In this document: piece after piece, positions 14,734-24,556 of the stretch
Position numbering within the stretch: the stretch's first letter is position 1
How the letters are laid out: every line of letters begins with the position of its first letter
From: a virus
Lineage: Duplodnaviria; Caudoviricetes
DNA length: 64,000 nt
IMG/VR virus record: IMGVR_UViG_3300028025_003604
Coordinates: 1,923 to 65,922 of that record
Direction: 5' to 3' (one strand)
Position numbers and translations under genes: made by a program
Notes under the pieces: model-generated
Seen by the model: the letters and a program-made list of their open reading frames with translations, nothing else
Told to the model about the DNA's origin: nothing
Databases searched by the model: none

Positions 14734-15729
14734 ATGAAAGGATTAAAACTTACACCGACTTCGAAACTAACGGAGTCGGAATGGCAGCGCCTTCGCCAGA
14801 CATTCACACTTAGAGGTATGGTTGGTGGATCAGATGCCGGAACCTTATTGGGTTGGAATAAATGGAAGTCTCCTATCTCTATGTACTATCAGGCCCTTGG
14901 CTTATCTCCTGTACCTAACCTAATGAATATCGAAATGGCGATGGGTAAGATGCAGGAAGACAACATCGCTGAATCATGGCAGTACTGGGATGGCGAAGAA
15001 GGATTCATTAAAAACATTGTCACCAAAAACAAGGTGCGCAAGTATAAAAAGATCAAAGCGATCATTGAGAATCCTAAGTACCCTACTCTGTTTGCTAACA
15101 TCGATGGCCTTATCACTTTACACCCAGTTCGGGGGAAGAAAAAAGGTATCCTAGAAATCAAGAAGATTAACGGCATGACCGTAGATACTTACATCGGTGG
15201 CATACCTCCTCAGTATATCGCACAGGTACAGCACTACATGTTAGTGTGTGATCTTGAGTGGGCTGAGTTGTGTATGCGTGTGGATGGTAGACAACTACTT
15301 GTTGAAACCATTGACGCTGATTTTGAAATCCAATCTACGATCCTTAACGAAGCTAACAAGTTTAACGAGCGTGTTAACACAGCCCTTGAGGCCATCAAGT
15401 CTTCAGGTATAGATGATAAAGAAGAGTTGTATGGTATCGCTGCTCAGTTCGAGCCGGATGCAGATGACTCAGATGATTTCAACTACTTCATATCAGAGAA
15501 GCATAAGCTAAGAGAAACCGAGGTAACGATCCAAGGTACACAAGAACATCAGCTATGGGCGGAAGAGTATAAGACTATCGCCAACAGCATCAAGGACCTT
15601 GAGTCTGGTAAGCAGCTCCTTCAGAATAAATTAAAACAGGTAATGGAAAAAGAAGGCGCCAGTATTCTGGATCTGCCGGATGGTAAGATTACTTGGAGAA
15701 AACAATTCAACATTAAACTCAACAAATAA
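14734..15729 (+). CDS. YqaJ/lambda-exonuclease family recombination nuclease
   Basis: VGGSDAG, ANIDG, LEIK, YIAQVQHYM motifs. Confidence 0.88.
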   Translation: MKGLKLTPTSKLTESEWQRLRQTFTLRGMVGGSDAGTLLGWNKWKSPISMYYQALGLSPVPNLMNIEMAMGKMQEDNIAESWQYWDGEEGFIKNIVTKNKVRKYKKIKAIIENPKYPTLFANIDGLITLHPVRGKKKGILEIKKINGMTVDTYIGGIPPQYIAQVQHYMLVCDLEWAELCMRVDGRQLLVETIDADFEIQSTILNEANKFNERVNTALEAIKSSGIDDKEELYGIAAQFEPDADDSDDFNYFISEKHKLRETEVTIQGTQEHQLWAEEYKTIANSIKDLESGKQLLQNKLKQVMEKEGASILDLPDGKITWRKQFNIKLNK

Positions 15730-15734
15730 AACCT

Positions 15735-16127
15735 ATGACAAAACTACGTGACCTAGAGAAAGCGATGAAGCCAAACTTCATCTGGAACAGAGACGGCTTA
15801 AAGCCAATGCAATTGAATGAAGAGTACGAAGGCAGTTTAGATCTGGCCCGTATGATCTTCGTTGGACTTGCAGACATGTACGGATTTGATTCCGTAGAGA
15901 CCATGAACTACATCGATATGGAGTATGAGTCTCACAGGACGAAGCTCCAGCAGTTCAGAAGTAACTACAGAGAATCTCTCCGTAGAGTAGAGAACGAAAC
16001 GATCTCCCTGATCGATGACCCCATCAAGAAGTTCTACTACAAAGTTCAGTTGTGTTTGAATTCTATTAAGTACAACTACCAAACCAATCCCTTCATTAAA
16101 CTAGAATCTTGGATGACCTATGAATAA
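15735..16127 (+). CDS. hypothetical helical protein
   Basis: ORF in the replication operon. Confidence 0.7.
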   Translation: MTKLRDLEKAMKPNFIWNRDGLKPMQLNEEYEGSLDLARMIFVGLADMYGFDSVETMNYIDMEYESHRTKLQQFRSNYRESLRRVENETISLIDDPIKKFYYKVQLCLNSIKYNYQTNPFIKLESWMTYE

Positions 16128-16413
16128 AGCCACCTTTTACGGGAGAATAACTGAAGTCAGTGAGCCCCGAATCTTTGAAAAGAATGGCGATGAATACCAG
16201 TACAGAACTGTGGTATTCAATGTTGCCGATCCTGACAGCGGATACCATGCTGTCCCCGGAAATTTTATTGCCGCTAATGTTTGGGATGATAGAGAACTAC
16301 CGGACCACGGAGTGTTATCTAGGTTCAGTGTTAGGTTAACGTCAGAGCGCAATCGCAAATCACCTGACGTGTACTTCCACAAAGTGAACCTGCAGAACGT
16401 AGAAGCACTCTGA
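16120..16413 (+). CDS. OB-fold / SSB-like protein
   Basis: Beta-rich pattern GRITEV...YRTVVF...FIAANVW. Confidence 0.55.
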   Translation: MNKATFYGRITEVSEPRIFEKNGDEYQYRTVVFNVADPDSGYHAVPGNFIAANVWDDRELPDHGVLSRFSVRLTSERNRKSPDVYFHKVNLQNVEAL

Positions 16414-16454
16414 ATACTCACGCAAAATTTTAAACTATATAAAAAACTCGACGA

Positions 16455-16922
16455 ATGGACACTACAATCACTCAGTCTACCCGTGAAATACTAAGAAGTT
16501 TCTCTTCCAAAAAGGACTGCCTCACAGCTGTAGGCTTGGTTATAAACGAGCTTGAATGTCGTGTGGTATACTCTGAAAATGTCGATCAATTGCTTGTGCA
16601 TTGGTATAAGACTAAGAAAGAAATAGAGAACTACGAAGACAGGGAACTCGCCCAGCAGGTAATGGATTACTTCAATGAGGTTAACAATACAGCTTACCGC
16701 AATCTTATCCAGATCCGAAGTGTGATCAAGCAAATACCAACTGTTACACTCGATCAATTCCAATCTGTGATAATGCATAAGCATGAGACTTGGGGCAGTG
16801 ATCCAAAGATGAGACCCTATATCAGACCCGCTACATTATTCGGTAGCAAAAATAAATTCATAACCTATCTAGAGGACAGCACAAACTACTGGATTCAAAA
16901 ACAAAAAACATATGGTGAATAA
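16455..16922 (+). CDS. replication-initiator-like protein with conserved phage C-terminal domain
   Basis: VMDYFN...K.ETWGSDPKMRPYIRPATLFG.KF..YL. Confidence 0.7.
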   Translation: MDTTITQSTREILRSFSSKKDCLTAVGLVINELECRVVYSENVDQLLVHWYKTKKEIENYEDRELAQQVMDYFNEVNNTAYRNLIQIRSVIKQIPTVTLDQFQSVIMHKHETWGSDPKMRPYIRPATLFGSKNKFITYLEDSTNYWIQKQKTYGE

Positions 16923-17076
16923 CGATGTACGAAAAGAGATACACGCTCTCGAAGACAAGCGTGAAGTGATAGAAAAAAAGATGCAGTCCCTTTACGAAAG
17001 GCTTGATAAGATGAAGCACGACATCGCCAACCTAGATACAAAACTAAAACCCCTATACAAAAAACTTTACAAATGA
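16912..17076 (+). CDS. small coiled-coil protein (54 aa)
   Basis: Hand-translated MVNNDVRKEIHALEDKRE...; ATGA coupling to the primase-helicase. Confidence 0.55.
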   Translation: MVNNDVRKEIHALEDKREVIEKKMQSLYERLDKMKHDIANLDTKLKPLYKKLYK

Positions 17077-18815
17077 TAGATAAGCTCCGCGCATTGGGAA
17101 TAGAAGTTAGGACTGGTTCGCGGGGAGATGTAAAGACTACATGCCCTAAGTGCAGCCCAACTAGAAAAAAGAAAAACGATCCGTGCCTATCTGTAAATGC
17201 AGACACTGGCGTATGGAATTGTCACAACTGCGGATGGCATGGTGTAGTAAAGACTCCGAAGAAGGAATATTCAAAACCACAAAGTGAGCTCAGGAATGTA
17301 TCCGAACCAGTTATTAAATGGTTTGCAGCTCGGGGAATATCCAATCAGACTTTACTACGATATAAGGTAACAGAGGGTTTGGAGTATATGCCTCAAGCTC
17401 AGGAACAACGAAACACAATTCAATTCAATTACTTCTATGAAAACGAACTGGTTAACATTAAGTTTAGGGATCGTGAGAAAAATTTTAAGCTGGTGTCTGG
17501 CGCTATGCTTTGTCCTTACGGCATCGATGTCGCTCGTGATAATAGTAGTGACGAATTGGTTATTGTTGAAGGCGAGATTGATGTCCTCTCGTTTTTCGAA
17601 GCGGGGATCAAGAACGCAGTCAGTGTTCCAAACGGAGCCAGCAAAGGAAACCAAAAGCTCGAGTGGTTGGAGGATCTCTACGGAGTCTTTGAAGGAAGAA
17701 GAATTCTACTAGCCACAGATACAGATGAACCCGGTGTCGCTCTTAAGAATGAGCTGGCAAGAAGGTTCGGTAAACAGAATTGTTTAGTTGTTTCATTCCC
17801 TCATGACTGCAAGGACGCCAACGATACCTTAGTTAAGTATGGTAAGGAGGCCCTGCTAGAATGCTACAGAGAAGCTACTCCGTTTCCAGTAGAAGGAGTA
17901 GAGGACGCATCATCTAAAGCTACAGATCTATTAGCCCTATACGATCAGGGGTACCCAGAAGGATATGCGTTAGACTGGGACATGGATGCAGATTTCAAAT
18001 GGTATCCATCGCAGGTAACACTTATCACTGGTATACCCGGATCTGGTAAGACCACATGGCTAAAGAATGTACTCGTAAGACTAGCTTCCCTACACAACTG
18101 GAAGAGCCTGATATACTCAGCCGAGGAGGCCAACACAGAGTTTGCTCTTGCTGATTTGATTTCCATCATGACAGACAAGTCCTTCTTCTATTCGCCAACA
18201 TCTAAGCGAGTTACTAAAGAAGAGGTCCAGCAGCTCACCCCATTCCTTACCGATCACTTTAAGTACTACAAGCTGATGGATAACGACCTCACTATCGAGG
18301 GTGTGTTAGCTAAGGCTGAAGAGATGGTTAAGCGCCATGGTATTAATGCCTTGGTGATTGATAACATGAGTACGATCGAGCGAGGTATGTCTAAGAACTC
18401 TGACAATAGACACCATACTATCGGCGAGATGATGGGAGACATTGTAAAGTTTGCCAGAAACTATGGCGTACATGTGTTCATTGTAGCGCATCCTAAAAAG
18501 ATGGCTAAGATAAATGGTAAACACGAGCTGCCAACTGGTTACGATGTAGGGGATTCTTCTCACTACTACAACAAACCTGACAATGGATTAACCGTTCATC
18601 GAAACAGAGAAACTGGAATCACCGAGGTTCACAAGTGGAAGGTGAGGTTCAGGTACACAGGGCAGGAAGGTATCGACTACTTCAAGTTCAATATCCACAC
18701 CAGCAAATTTACATCAACCCAAAACGTAAACGATGGCAGCGACAAAAAGAAGTTCAAAGGACAGCCGCTCTCTCAAGGAGACGTTGGACGATTTATCCAA
18801 GCAGGTTCTGTTTAA
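17073..18815 (+). CDS. T7 gp4/Twinkle-like primase-helicase
   Basis: Zn finger CPKC...CHNC, TOPRIM VEGEID / DTDEPG, Walker A GIPGSGKT, VAHP. Confidence 0.92.
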   Translation: MIDKLRALGIEVRTGSRGDVKTTCPKCSPTRKKKNDPCLSVNADTGVWNCHNCGWHGVVKTPKKEYSKPQSELRNVSEPVIKWFAARGISNQTLLRYKVTEGLEYMPQAQEQRNTIQFNYFYENELVNIKFRDREKNFKLVSGAMLCPYGIDVARDNSSDELVIVEGEIDVLSFFEAGIKNAVSVPNGASKGNQKLEWLEDLYGVFEGRRILLATDTDEPGVALKNELARRFGKQNCLVVSFPHDCKDANDTLVKYGKEALLECYREATPFPVEGVEDASSKATDLLALYDQGYPEGYALDWDMDADFKWYPSQVTLITGIPGSGKTTWLKNVLVRLASLHNWKSLIYSAEEANTEFALADLISIMTDKSFFYSPTSKRVTKEEVQQLTPFLTDHFKYYKLMDNDLTIEGVLAKAEEMVKRHGINALVIDNMSTIERGMSKNSDNRHHTIGEMMGDIVKFARNYGVHVFIVAHPKKMAKINGKHELPTGYDVGDSSHYYNKPDNGLTVHRNRETGITEVHKWKVRFRYTGQEGIDYFKFNIHTSKFTSTQNVNDGSDKKKFKGQPLSQGDVGRFIQAGSV

Positions 18816-19128
18816 GCCTTACTACAAACCGCTTAATAGCGGTGGGCAGATACGGGACTACATGCTTGAAGAGAAAGGCGACGACTTGTTAAGACTTGCT
18901 ACCGAAGATGAGATTGTTCCTTCAGTAGATAAGTTCTACATGCAAGATCCAATGAGATCTAACACGTTCTACCGCACTTCGTTTGATCCTTCGGTTGAGT
19001 GGGATTCTATAATGGAATTTATCAATGCAAAAAAACTCTATGTCAGAAATCAGAAACCAAATAACAACAGCACTGGCAAATCATCCGCTAATAGGGATAC
19101 GGGGCCTGTGCAATCTAGTCTCTTTTGA
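18733..19128 (+). CDS. hypothetical protein
   Basis: Overlaps the helicase 3' end. Confidence 0.6.
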   Translation: MAATKRSSKDSRSLKETLDDLSKQVLFKPYYKPLNSGGQIRDYMLEEKGDDLLRLATEDEIVPSVDKFYMQDPMRSNTFYRTSFDPSVEWDSIMEFINAKKLYVRNQKPNNNSTGKSSANRDTGPVQSSLF

Positions 19129-19246
19129 GAAGGGTCCTATAATCAAAGAGATTATCCTTATGAAAAAGGAAGGCCTTATAGAAATGAAAGGTCGCTATTA
19201 CAAACTCCGCCCCATGTACAAACAACTTGAGTTGTATAAAAATTAA
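19040..19246 (+). CDS. small winged-helix-like protein
   Basis: Likely start MSEIR; MKKEGLIEMKGRYYKL. Confidence 0.5.
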   Translation: MSEIRNQITTALANHPLIGIRGLCNLVSFEKGPIIKEIILMKKEGLIEMKGRYYKLRPMYKQLELYKN

Positions 19247-19251
19247 CCCCA

Positions 19252-19944
19252 ATGAAAATACTACACATCAGCGACACGCACGGATTTCACAACCAGTTCC
19301 CTGAAGATCGATGGGAAGGTGTGGATGTAATAGTCCACAGCGGCGATTGTTCTAACTACTTTAACGTAATCCGGAACGAGCTTGAGGTTTTCAACTTTAT
19401 GAATTGGTATGAACGTATACCTGTCAAGCACAAGATATACGTAGCAGGCAATCACGACACGTCTATTGAACGTAAGCGTGTAAAGAAGAAAGACTTCGAG
19501 GATCGTGGATTAATCTATCTGGAAAACGAAGAGGTAGTTATTGATGGCGTTAAGTTCTACGGATCTCCCATCACCCCAACCTTTGGCCAGTGGGCATTCA
19601 TGAAAGCCAGAGATAAGACTCACGAAGTATGGAAGGCTATTCCTGACGATACAAATGTATTGATCGTGCATGGTCCTCCCAAAGGCATACGTGATCTGTC
19701 ATTCAACAGACAAGGACAGCTTGAGTTTTGTGGGTGCAGGTCTTTATCTAAAAGGTGTTACGAATTAAAGGAGTCTCTTAGACTTGTTTGCTTCGGTCAT
19801 ATCCATGACATGGAAGATGTAAGTAATCAGGGAGTATCCACCTTCTCTAAAACACGTACGATCTTTTCTAATGCTACATGTGTAGACGATGGCAGGTTTG
19901 ATCGTGGCCTTACGTCTTATGGAAACATATTCTATTTATTCTAA
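19252..19944 (+). CDS. calcineurin-like metallophosphoesterase
   Basis: SDTH, HSGD, AGNHD, VHGPP, FGHIH. Confidence 0.9.
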   Translation: MKILHISDTHGFHNQFPEDRWEGVDVIVHSGDCSNYFNVIRNELEVFNFMNWYERIPVKHKIYVAGNHDTSIERKRVKKKDFEDRGLIYLENEEVVIDGVKFYGSPITPTFGQWAFMKARDKTHEVWKAIPDDTNVLIVHGPPKGIRDLSFNRQGQLEFCGCRSLSKRCYELKESLRLVCFGHIHDMEDVSNQGVSTFSKTRTIFSNATCVDDGRFDRGLTSYGNIFYLF

Positions 19945-19955
19945 TCCAATACCCT

Positions 19956-20294
19956 ATGCCTAAGATTAACGCCAGAAAAAAGGGCCATGCATTTGAGCTA
20001 CAGATACGAGACATCTTTAAAGAACTCGGTTGGGATAAAGCAGTAAGCTCCCGATCTGAGAGTAAGAACAAAGATGATCAAGGTATCGATCTATGTTTTA
20101 CTGATCCATTCTCTGTGCAGTGCAAGGCTGTGGAAAACCTTGGATCTATTCACAAGGTGTTAGCAAGTATGCCTCAAGATTCAAATTATAATTTAGTTTT
20201 CCATAAACGCAATCGTCAAGGTACAATCGTGGCCATGACGCTGGAAGACTTCAGAGAGATTGTTGCAATGTTAAAGTCAAATAAGATCCTATGA
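19956..20294 (+). CDS. PD-(D/E)XK Holliday-junction-resolvase-like nuclease
   Basis: RKKGHAFE...GID...SVQCK. Confidence 0.75.
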   Translation: MPKINARKKGHAFELQIRDIFKELGWDKAVSSRSESKNKDDQGIDLCFTDPFSVQCKAVENLGSIHKVLASMPQDSNYNLVFHKRNRQGTIVAMTLEDFREIVAMLKSNKIL

Positions 20295-20433
20295 AAATAA
20301 AACTCCACAGCGAAGTCGAACCGGAATATATTCTGGGTGCTGCAATCTCCTACTCGCCAATCGATAAAAGTATAACGCTGGCGATAGGAATATTTAAATA
20401 CACATTTTCTATAACAATAAAAATAAACTCCAA

Positions 20434-20670
20434 ATGAGTAACGAGAAAGTCTATGTAGGTCGTGTTGAGACCAAGGAAAACAAATTCGGTGACATCGAAA
20501 CGCGCATCGGTTTGACAAGTGAAAACTTGCAAGTTCTTAACGATCACCTTAGTGAAAAAGGATGGGTTAACCTTATCCTTAAAACAACCAAAGAAGGCAA
20601 GCCTTACTTACAGGTTGATACTTGGAAGCCTGCAGGCGCAACTGTAGCCCAAGAAGATTTACCATTCTAA
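20434..20670 (+). CDS. small ssDNA-binding-like protein
   Basis: GWVNL...GKPY..VDTWKP and acidic EDLPF tail. Confidence 0.6.
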   Translation: MSNEKVYVGRVETKENKFGDIETRIGLTSENLQVLNDHLSEKGWVNLILKTTKEGKPYLQVDTWKPAGATVAQEDLPF

Positions 20671-20675
20671 TTAAC

Positions 20676-20700
20676 AGGGGGACTAACCATCCCCCTTTTT
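20676..20700 (+). terminator. intrinsic terminator
   Basis: AGGGGGA-CTAACCA-TCCCCCT plus T-run. Confidence 0.7.
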
Positions 20701-20711
20701 AATCCCACCCT

Positions 20712-21020
20712 ATGAAACAAGTACACTTAAATTTTGGAGAAGGCTTTTCTCATGACTTTAATATTGAGTTTGAAGAACACAAGAACGGAACATTCACTAG
20801 GCTAGTACGAACCACAAGCACACAGTGGACCAAAGAAGCTAGAGGCAAGCAGAGTGTTGGGATTGCAGACGATGGCAGCGGCTTGCATGTTGTACTCGAA
20901 CGGGGCAAAGACTTTATCCTCGACTATGATGAGGCAGAAGAGTTATTTATTCTTCTTACGCAACAGAAGTTTACCCCATTTGAAATTAAAGAAACTAAAA
21001 CAACACTAGCATGGCCTTGA
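20712..21020 (+). CDS. hypothetical protein
   Basis: LDYDEAEELFILL. Confidence 0.7.
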   Translation: MKQVHLNFGEGFSHDFNIEFEEHKNGTFTRLVRTTSTQWTKEARGKQSVGIADDGSGLHVVLERGKDFILDYDEAEELFILLTQQKFTPFEIKETKTTLAWP

Positions 21021-21373
21021 TCTCAATAGACTATGACGATACAATCGTCTACGCCGACTACCCAAACATCGGCACAATCAAACCCCACGCAAGAGAAGTC
21101 ATAAACAATCTCTATAACGAAGGCCACTTTATAATCATCTGGACCTGCCGGTCTGGTGAGCACGAGAAGATGGCAGCTGAATACCTCAGATCTATTGGCG
21201 TGAAGTTCCATCACATCAACGAGAATCATCCTGAGAATATCGTCCAGTACGACAGCGACTCCCGTAAAATATTTGCTGACATCTATATCGATGACAAGCA
21301 GCTCGGGGGCTTACCTGAAAGCTGGATAGATATAGACACCCAATTAAGAGAACAATTAAAAAAGATAAAATGA
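21011..21373 (+). CDS. HAD-superfamily hydrolase
   Basis: DYDDTI, IWTCR, KIFADIYIDDK. Confidence 0.85.
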   Translation: MALISIDYDDTIVYADYPNIGTIKPHAREVINNLYNEGHFIIIWTCRSGEHEKMAAEYLRSIGVKFHHINENHPENIVQYDSDSRKIFADIYIDDKQLGGLPESWIDIDTQLREQLKKIK

Positions 21374-21999
21374 TTATAGGACTATCAGGCTATGCAAAAT
21401 CTGGGAAGGATACGGTAGCTGAAATAATCAGAGAGATCCAGCCCGATAAATGGCAGATTAAAAAGTTCTCTGGGAAGTTAAAGACGATCGCATCGATCAT
21501 GTTAGGTATACCAGAATACCTGTTTGAGAATCAGGATTTCAAATCTGAAATACTTGGCGAGGAATGGTGGAAGAACTATGGTGACTTCTATCACCAGACA
21601 ACTGTTAGGGATTTCCTGCAGCTGTTAGGCACTGACGCTATCCGTAATGGATTGCATAGTAACGCATGGGTTAACGCACTTATGGCGGATTATAAGCCAA
21701 CAAATGAACCTAAAATGGTGCTAGATAATGGCGTTAAGGTATATGACATAGATAGCCCAGACTTTAAGATGCCTAACTGGATTATCACTGACTGCCGATT
21801 TCCTAACGAAGCTGAGGCAATCAAGGACCGTGGTGGCATCATCATCAGGATAGATCGTCCGGGCGTAGAGCCAGTCAATGCACACCCATCAGAGATAGCT
21901 CTTGATAACTGGGACTTTGATTATAAGATCGCCAACGTATCAGATCTCCCTGCTTTAAAACAAACAGTTGAAGTACTCTTAAATAAAATCCCATGCTAG
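21370..21999 (+). CDS. deoxynucleoside monophosphate kinase
   Basis: GYAKSGKDT P-loop, RDFLQLLGT, ITDCRFPNE, HPSE. Confidence 0.9.
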   Translation: MIIGLSGYAKSGKDTVAEIIREIQPDKWQIKKFSGKLKTIASIMLGIPEYLFENQDFKSEILGEEWWKNYGDFYHQTTVRDFLQLLGTDAIRNGLHSNAWVNALMADYKPTNEPKMVLDNGVKVYDIDSPDFKMPNWIITDCRFPNEAEAIKDRGGIIIRIDRPGVEPVNAHPSEIALDNWDFDYKIANVSDLPALKQTVEVLLNKIPC

Positions 22000-22331
22000 C
22001 AACAGAATCATTTAATGATAAACAAGTAGTAGGACCCAGCAATACAGTCCATGTGTTTGATGTCAATCGTCTTTATGAATTAGAGATTGTTGATTCCAAA
22101 GCTTATACAGAATGCGCTCCAGAGACAATCGTTGGTAGGTATCATATAGCTGGTCTGCACATGTTAAAGATCCTAAATAATAAATTTATCGGAGCTGAAG
22201 ATGTAAAGCCTCAACTAAAGGAAGTATACGTAGCTCTCTCCCGAGCTGTCGAAGAAGGGGACTCATTAAAGATCGGTATCGTCCTCGGTCAAACACTAAC
22301 TAAACTTGAACAAATTATCAATGGCAATTAA
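21993..22331 (+). CDS. hypothetical protein
   Basis: ORF in operon context. Confidence 0.65.
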   Translation: MLATESFNDKQVVGPSNTVHVFDVNRLYELEIVDSKAYTECAPETIVGRYHIAGLHMLKILNNKFIGAEDVKPQLKEVYVALSRAVEEGDSLKIGIVLGQTLTKLEQIINGN

Positions 22332-22647
22332 ACTAACGGAAACCCAAACAGAATTACTTAACCTGCTATACGCTAACATCGTTAACGCTAACGACTACTG
22401 CGAAGCTTTGTTAGGCGATGATGAATTATTCAAGGGTGTGAAGGAGGAGTGCATAAGACCGTTACATGTAAAGGTGAAATGGGTTAAGCAGTCTTTGGCC
22501 CTTAAGGTACCAAGACATAAGACTCACGAAAGAGAGATAGCTTTTAAAGATACTCTTGTGTATGATGAGGTCGCCAGATTGATGAGCTATATGACACCAG
22601 AGAAAAGGCAACAGGTTGAAGACTTTGCTAAGTCTATATTGACATAA
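22321..22647 (+). CDS. hypothetical protein
   Basis: Likely start MAIKL. Confidence 0.65.
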   Translation: MAIKLTETQTELLNLLYANIVNANDYCEALLGDDELFKGVKEECIRPLHVKVKWVKQSLALKVPRHKTHEREIAFKDTLVYDEVARLMSYMTPEKRQQVEDFAKSILT

Positions 22648-22711
22648 TGTCCTAAAGAGATCGTCGGCATAGTTGTTGATTAATTTATACAACCAAACGA
22701 TGAACCAAGAG

Positions 22712-22736
22712 AGAGCCCCCAGTTCGGGGGCTTTTT
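22712..22736. terminator. terminator between convergent genes
   Basis: AGCCCCC-AGTTC-GGGGGCT followed by TTTT. Confidence 0.75.
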
Positions 22737-23081
22737 CTATTTAATCCTCCAGACTCTAATCAATTCGTTACTGGTCCTTCTCACCGTAAACTTTGCAGCA
22801 TTATTTCTGCTTCTTACATATGATGCACAGGCAGAGCTTAGGTTAGATACTTTCTTTTTAATTTCCTTTGTGTTCACCTTGATCTCGAAAGATTCACCAA
22901 CTTCCATTTCCGCAAATGGGTATCTTAGGTGTGGCCCTAGGGATCTATACGTACCAGAGATCGGTATGTTTCTTTGAATTCTAAATACCTCCCCAGTCTC
23001 AGTAGTTACGGCGCGGTGATGTGGTACTTCCTTTACGACAGGCATTCTTACAGTTTTAGATTTCTTAGCGGTCATATTCAT
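22737..23081 (-). CDS. small basic DNA-binding-like protein
   Basis: YPFAEMEVGESF...FTVR...IRVWRIK; own -7 TATTTTTG promoter near 23097-23104. Confidence 0.7.
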   Translation of the reverse strand: MNMTAKKSKTVRMPVVKEVPHHRAVTTETGEVFRIQRNIPISGTYRSLGPHLRYPFAEMEVGESFEIKVNTKEIKKKVSNLSSACASYVRSRNNAAKFTVRRTSNELIRVWRIK

Positions 23082-23215
23082 ACGTTATGTTTCCCCAAAA
23101 ATATCTGTAATAGATATATAAACTCCATTACAATTTAATTTTCGGTTACAAAAACGTAACCACAATTTGAAGCATTGTTGCGATTTCTTCTATTCTTAAA
23201 GCTACCTTTTGCTTT

Positions 23216-23482
23216 ATGTATAGGAGATTGTTAAATCGTGTAATTGTAGGCAAGTGGAAGATCTACATAATATTGATAGTATCTAAGAAGCCGATGAGGT
23301 TTAATAAGATCAAACAGCTTTGTCATCCCATTAGCTCTAACACTCTTACCAGATGTCTTAGACAACTAGCAGAAGATGGCATTGTTACTAAAAAAGAAAA
23401 CACCCACACAACGTATTTTGTTACGCCGGTAGGTGCAAAGATTTCTAAATTACTATCACAGATCAATGACCTGCTTCAGTAA
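23216..23482 (+). CDS. HxlR-family winged-helix regulator
   Basis: GKWKIYII...PMRFNKI...ISSNTLTRCLRQLAEDGIV...Y..TPVG. Confidence 0.8.
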   Translation: MYRRLLNRVIVGKWKIYIILIVSKKPMRFNKIKQLCHPISSNTLTRCLRQLAEDGIVTKKENTHTTYFVTPVGAKISKLLSQINDLLQ

Positions 23483-23487
23483 TTAAG

Positions 23488-23874
23488 CTATCTATACTTA
23501 GCAGTCTTCTTGGCGATCTTGTCAGGTTGTTTTACAAACTGTTTACCAGACTTATCACCCTTAGATTTAGCAGCGTTAGTGGCCCTCTTTTCTGCTGCAC
23601 TTAAAGAGCTCCATGCCTTCTTAGGTAGGTATCTCTTCTTGCCTTCAGATGGTTTACCATCAGAGGTAGTCCATTCTTGTTTGGTCCACTTAGCTAAACT
23701 ATTACTAGAGGACTTGGCTCCTTTATATTTTCCTCCCTTCTTTTTGTAAGCAGCTACAGCCAACTGTGCTTTACGGGCTGACCACTCTCCGGGGTCACCA
23801 CCCTTACCACCGGCCTTTACGCTAGCTACTACAGACTTCCAAAGTCCGGGGTTAGATTTTACTGCTGTACTCAT
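23488..23874 (-). CDS. Lys-rich conserved phage protein
   Basis: GEWSARKAQL...YKKKGG.Y...SLAKWTKQEW...RYLPKKAW. Confidence 0.75.
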   Translation of the reverse strand: MSTAVKSNPGLWKSVVASVKAGGKGGDPGEWSARKAQLAVAAYKKKGGKYKGAKSSSNSLAKWTKQEWTTSDGKPSEGKKRYLPKKAWSSLSAAEKRATNAAKSKGDKSGKQFVKQPDKIAKKTAKYR

Positions 23875-24374
23875 ATCTTTACGAATCCGTTTTGATCAAC
23901 TTTATTTTCGCTATGTAGTTTTCTTAATTGAACTATACTGTATCCAAATGTTTTTTGGAAGTGAGGTTGATCTACGAATCTCCAATCACCACCCCATTCC
24001 CATCCGTATCTTTTAAACACGGCTACTGCTTCCATCCAATCTGATTTACCATCGCCATCGAAGTCGGTCTTCACGTCCCATGATGCTGCTTCAAATGTTC
24101 CGTTCTTGTCTTTGTCAACAAGCAAAACAATATCAATAGCTAGTCCGTAGTTGTGATACGACTGACCACCTTTAGCTTTGGTCACAATCTTTCCGGGCTT
24201 AGTTCTGCCCTGAGCAAATAGAGCGTCCTGCTCTGCAAAGGTTCTCAACGTAAACGAGAATCTGCATATCGCTCTTCCCTTTAACTCTTCACAAATTTCT
24301 TTGTAGATTTCTAGAGCTTCTTCCCTAAGCTTAGGGTGTAGTAAGGCGATTCTATCAAGCGTTATCTTGTCCAT
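23871..24374 (-). CDS. endolysin, M15 L-Ala-D-Glu peptidase family
   Basis: LRTFAEQDALFAQGRT, SYHNYGLAID, WGGDW..D.PHFQ. Confidence 0.92.
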   Translation of the reverse strand: MDKITLDRIALLHPKLREEALEIYKEICEELKGRAICRFSFTLRTFAEQDALFAQGRTKPGKIVTKAKGGQSYHNYGLAIDIVLLVDKDKNGTFEAASWDVKTDFDGDGKSDWMEAVAVFKRYGWEWGGDWRFVDQPHFQKTFGYSIVQLRKLHSENKVDQNGFVKI

Positions 24375-24555
24375 TCCTGAATAGCTTTAATACGTTAGTG
24401 ATGATGGTGTCGGGACTGAACACGAGGCCCAGTCCGATACCGATTCCGATTGAAGCGTCTAGCCATGACTTATCAAAGAACACGCTAGCTCCTGCCGCTC
24501 CTATAATTATTAATCCGATAGTGGTTGTCTTCCAACCTTTGTAAACGTTTTTCAT
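24355..24555 (-). CDS. putative holin
   Basis: WKTTTIG plus two TM helices, adjacent to the endolysin. Confidence 0.7.
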   Translation of the reverse strand: MKNVYKGWKTTTIGLIIIGAAGASVFFDKSWLDASIGIGIGLGLVFSPDTIITNVLKLFRNGQDNA

Positions 24556-24556
24556 A

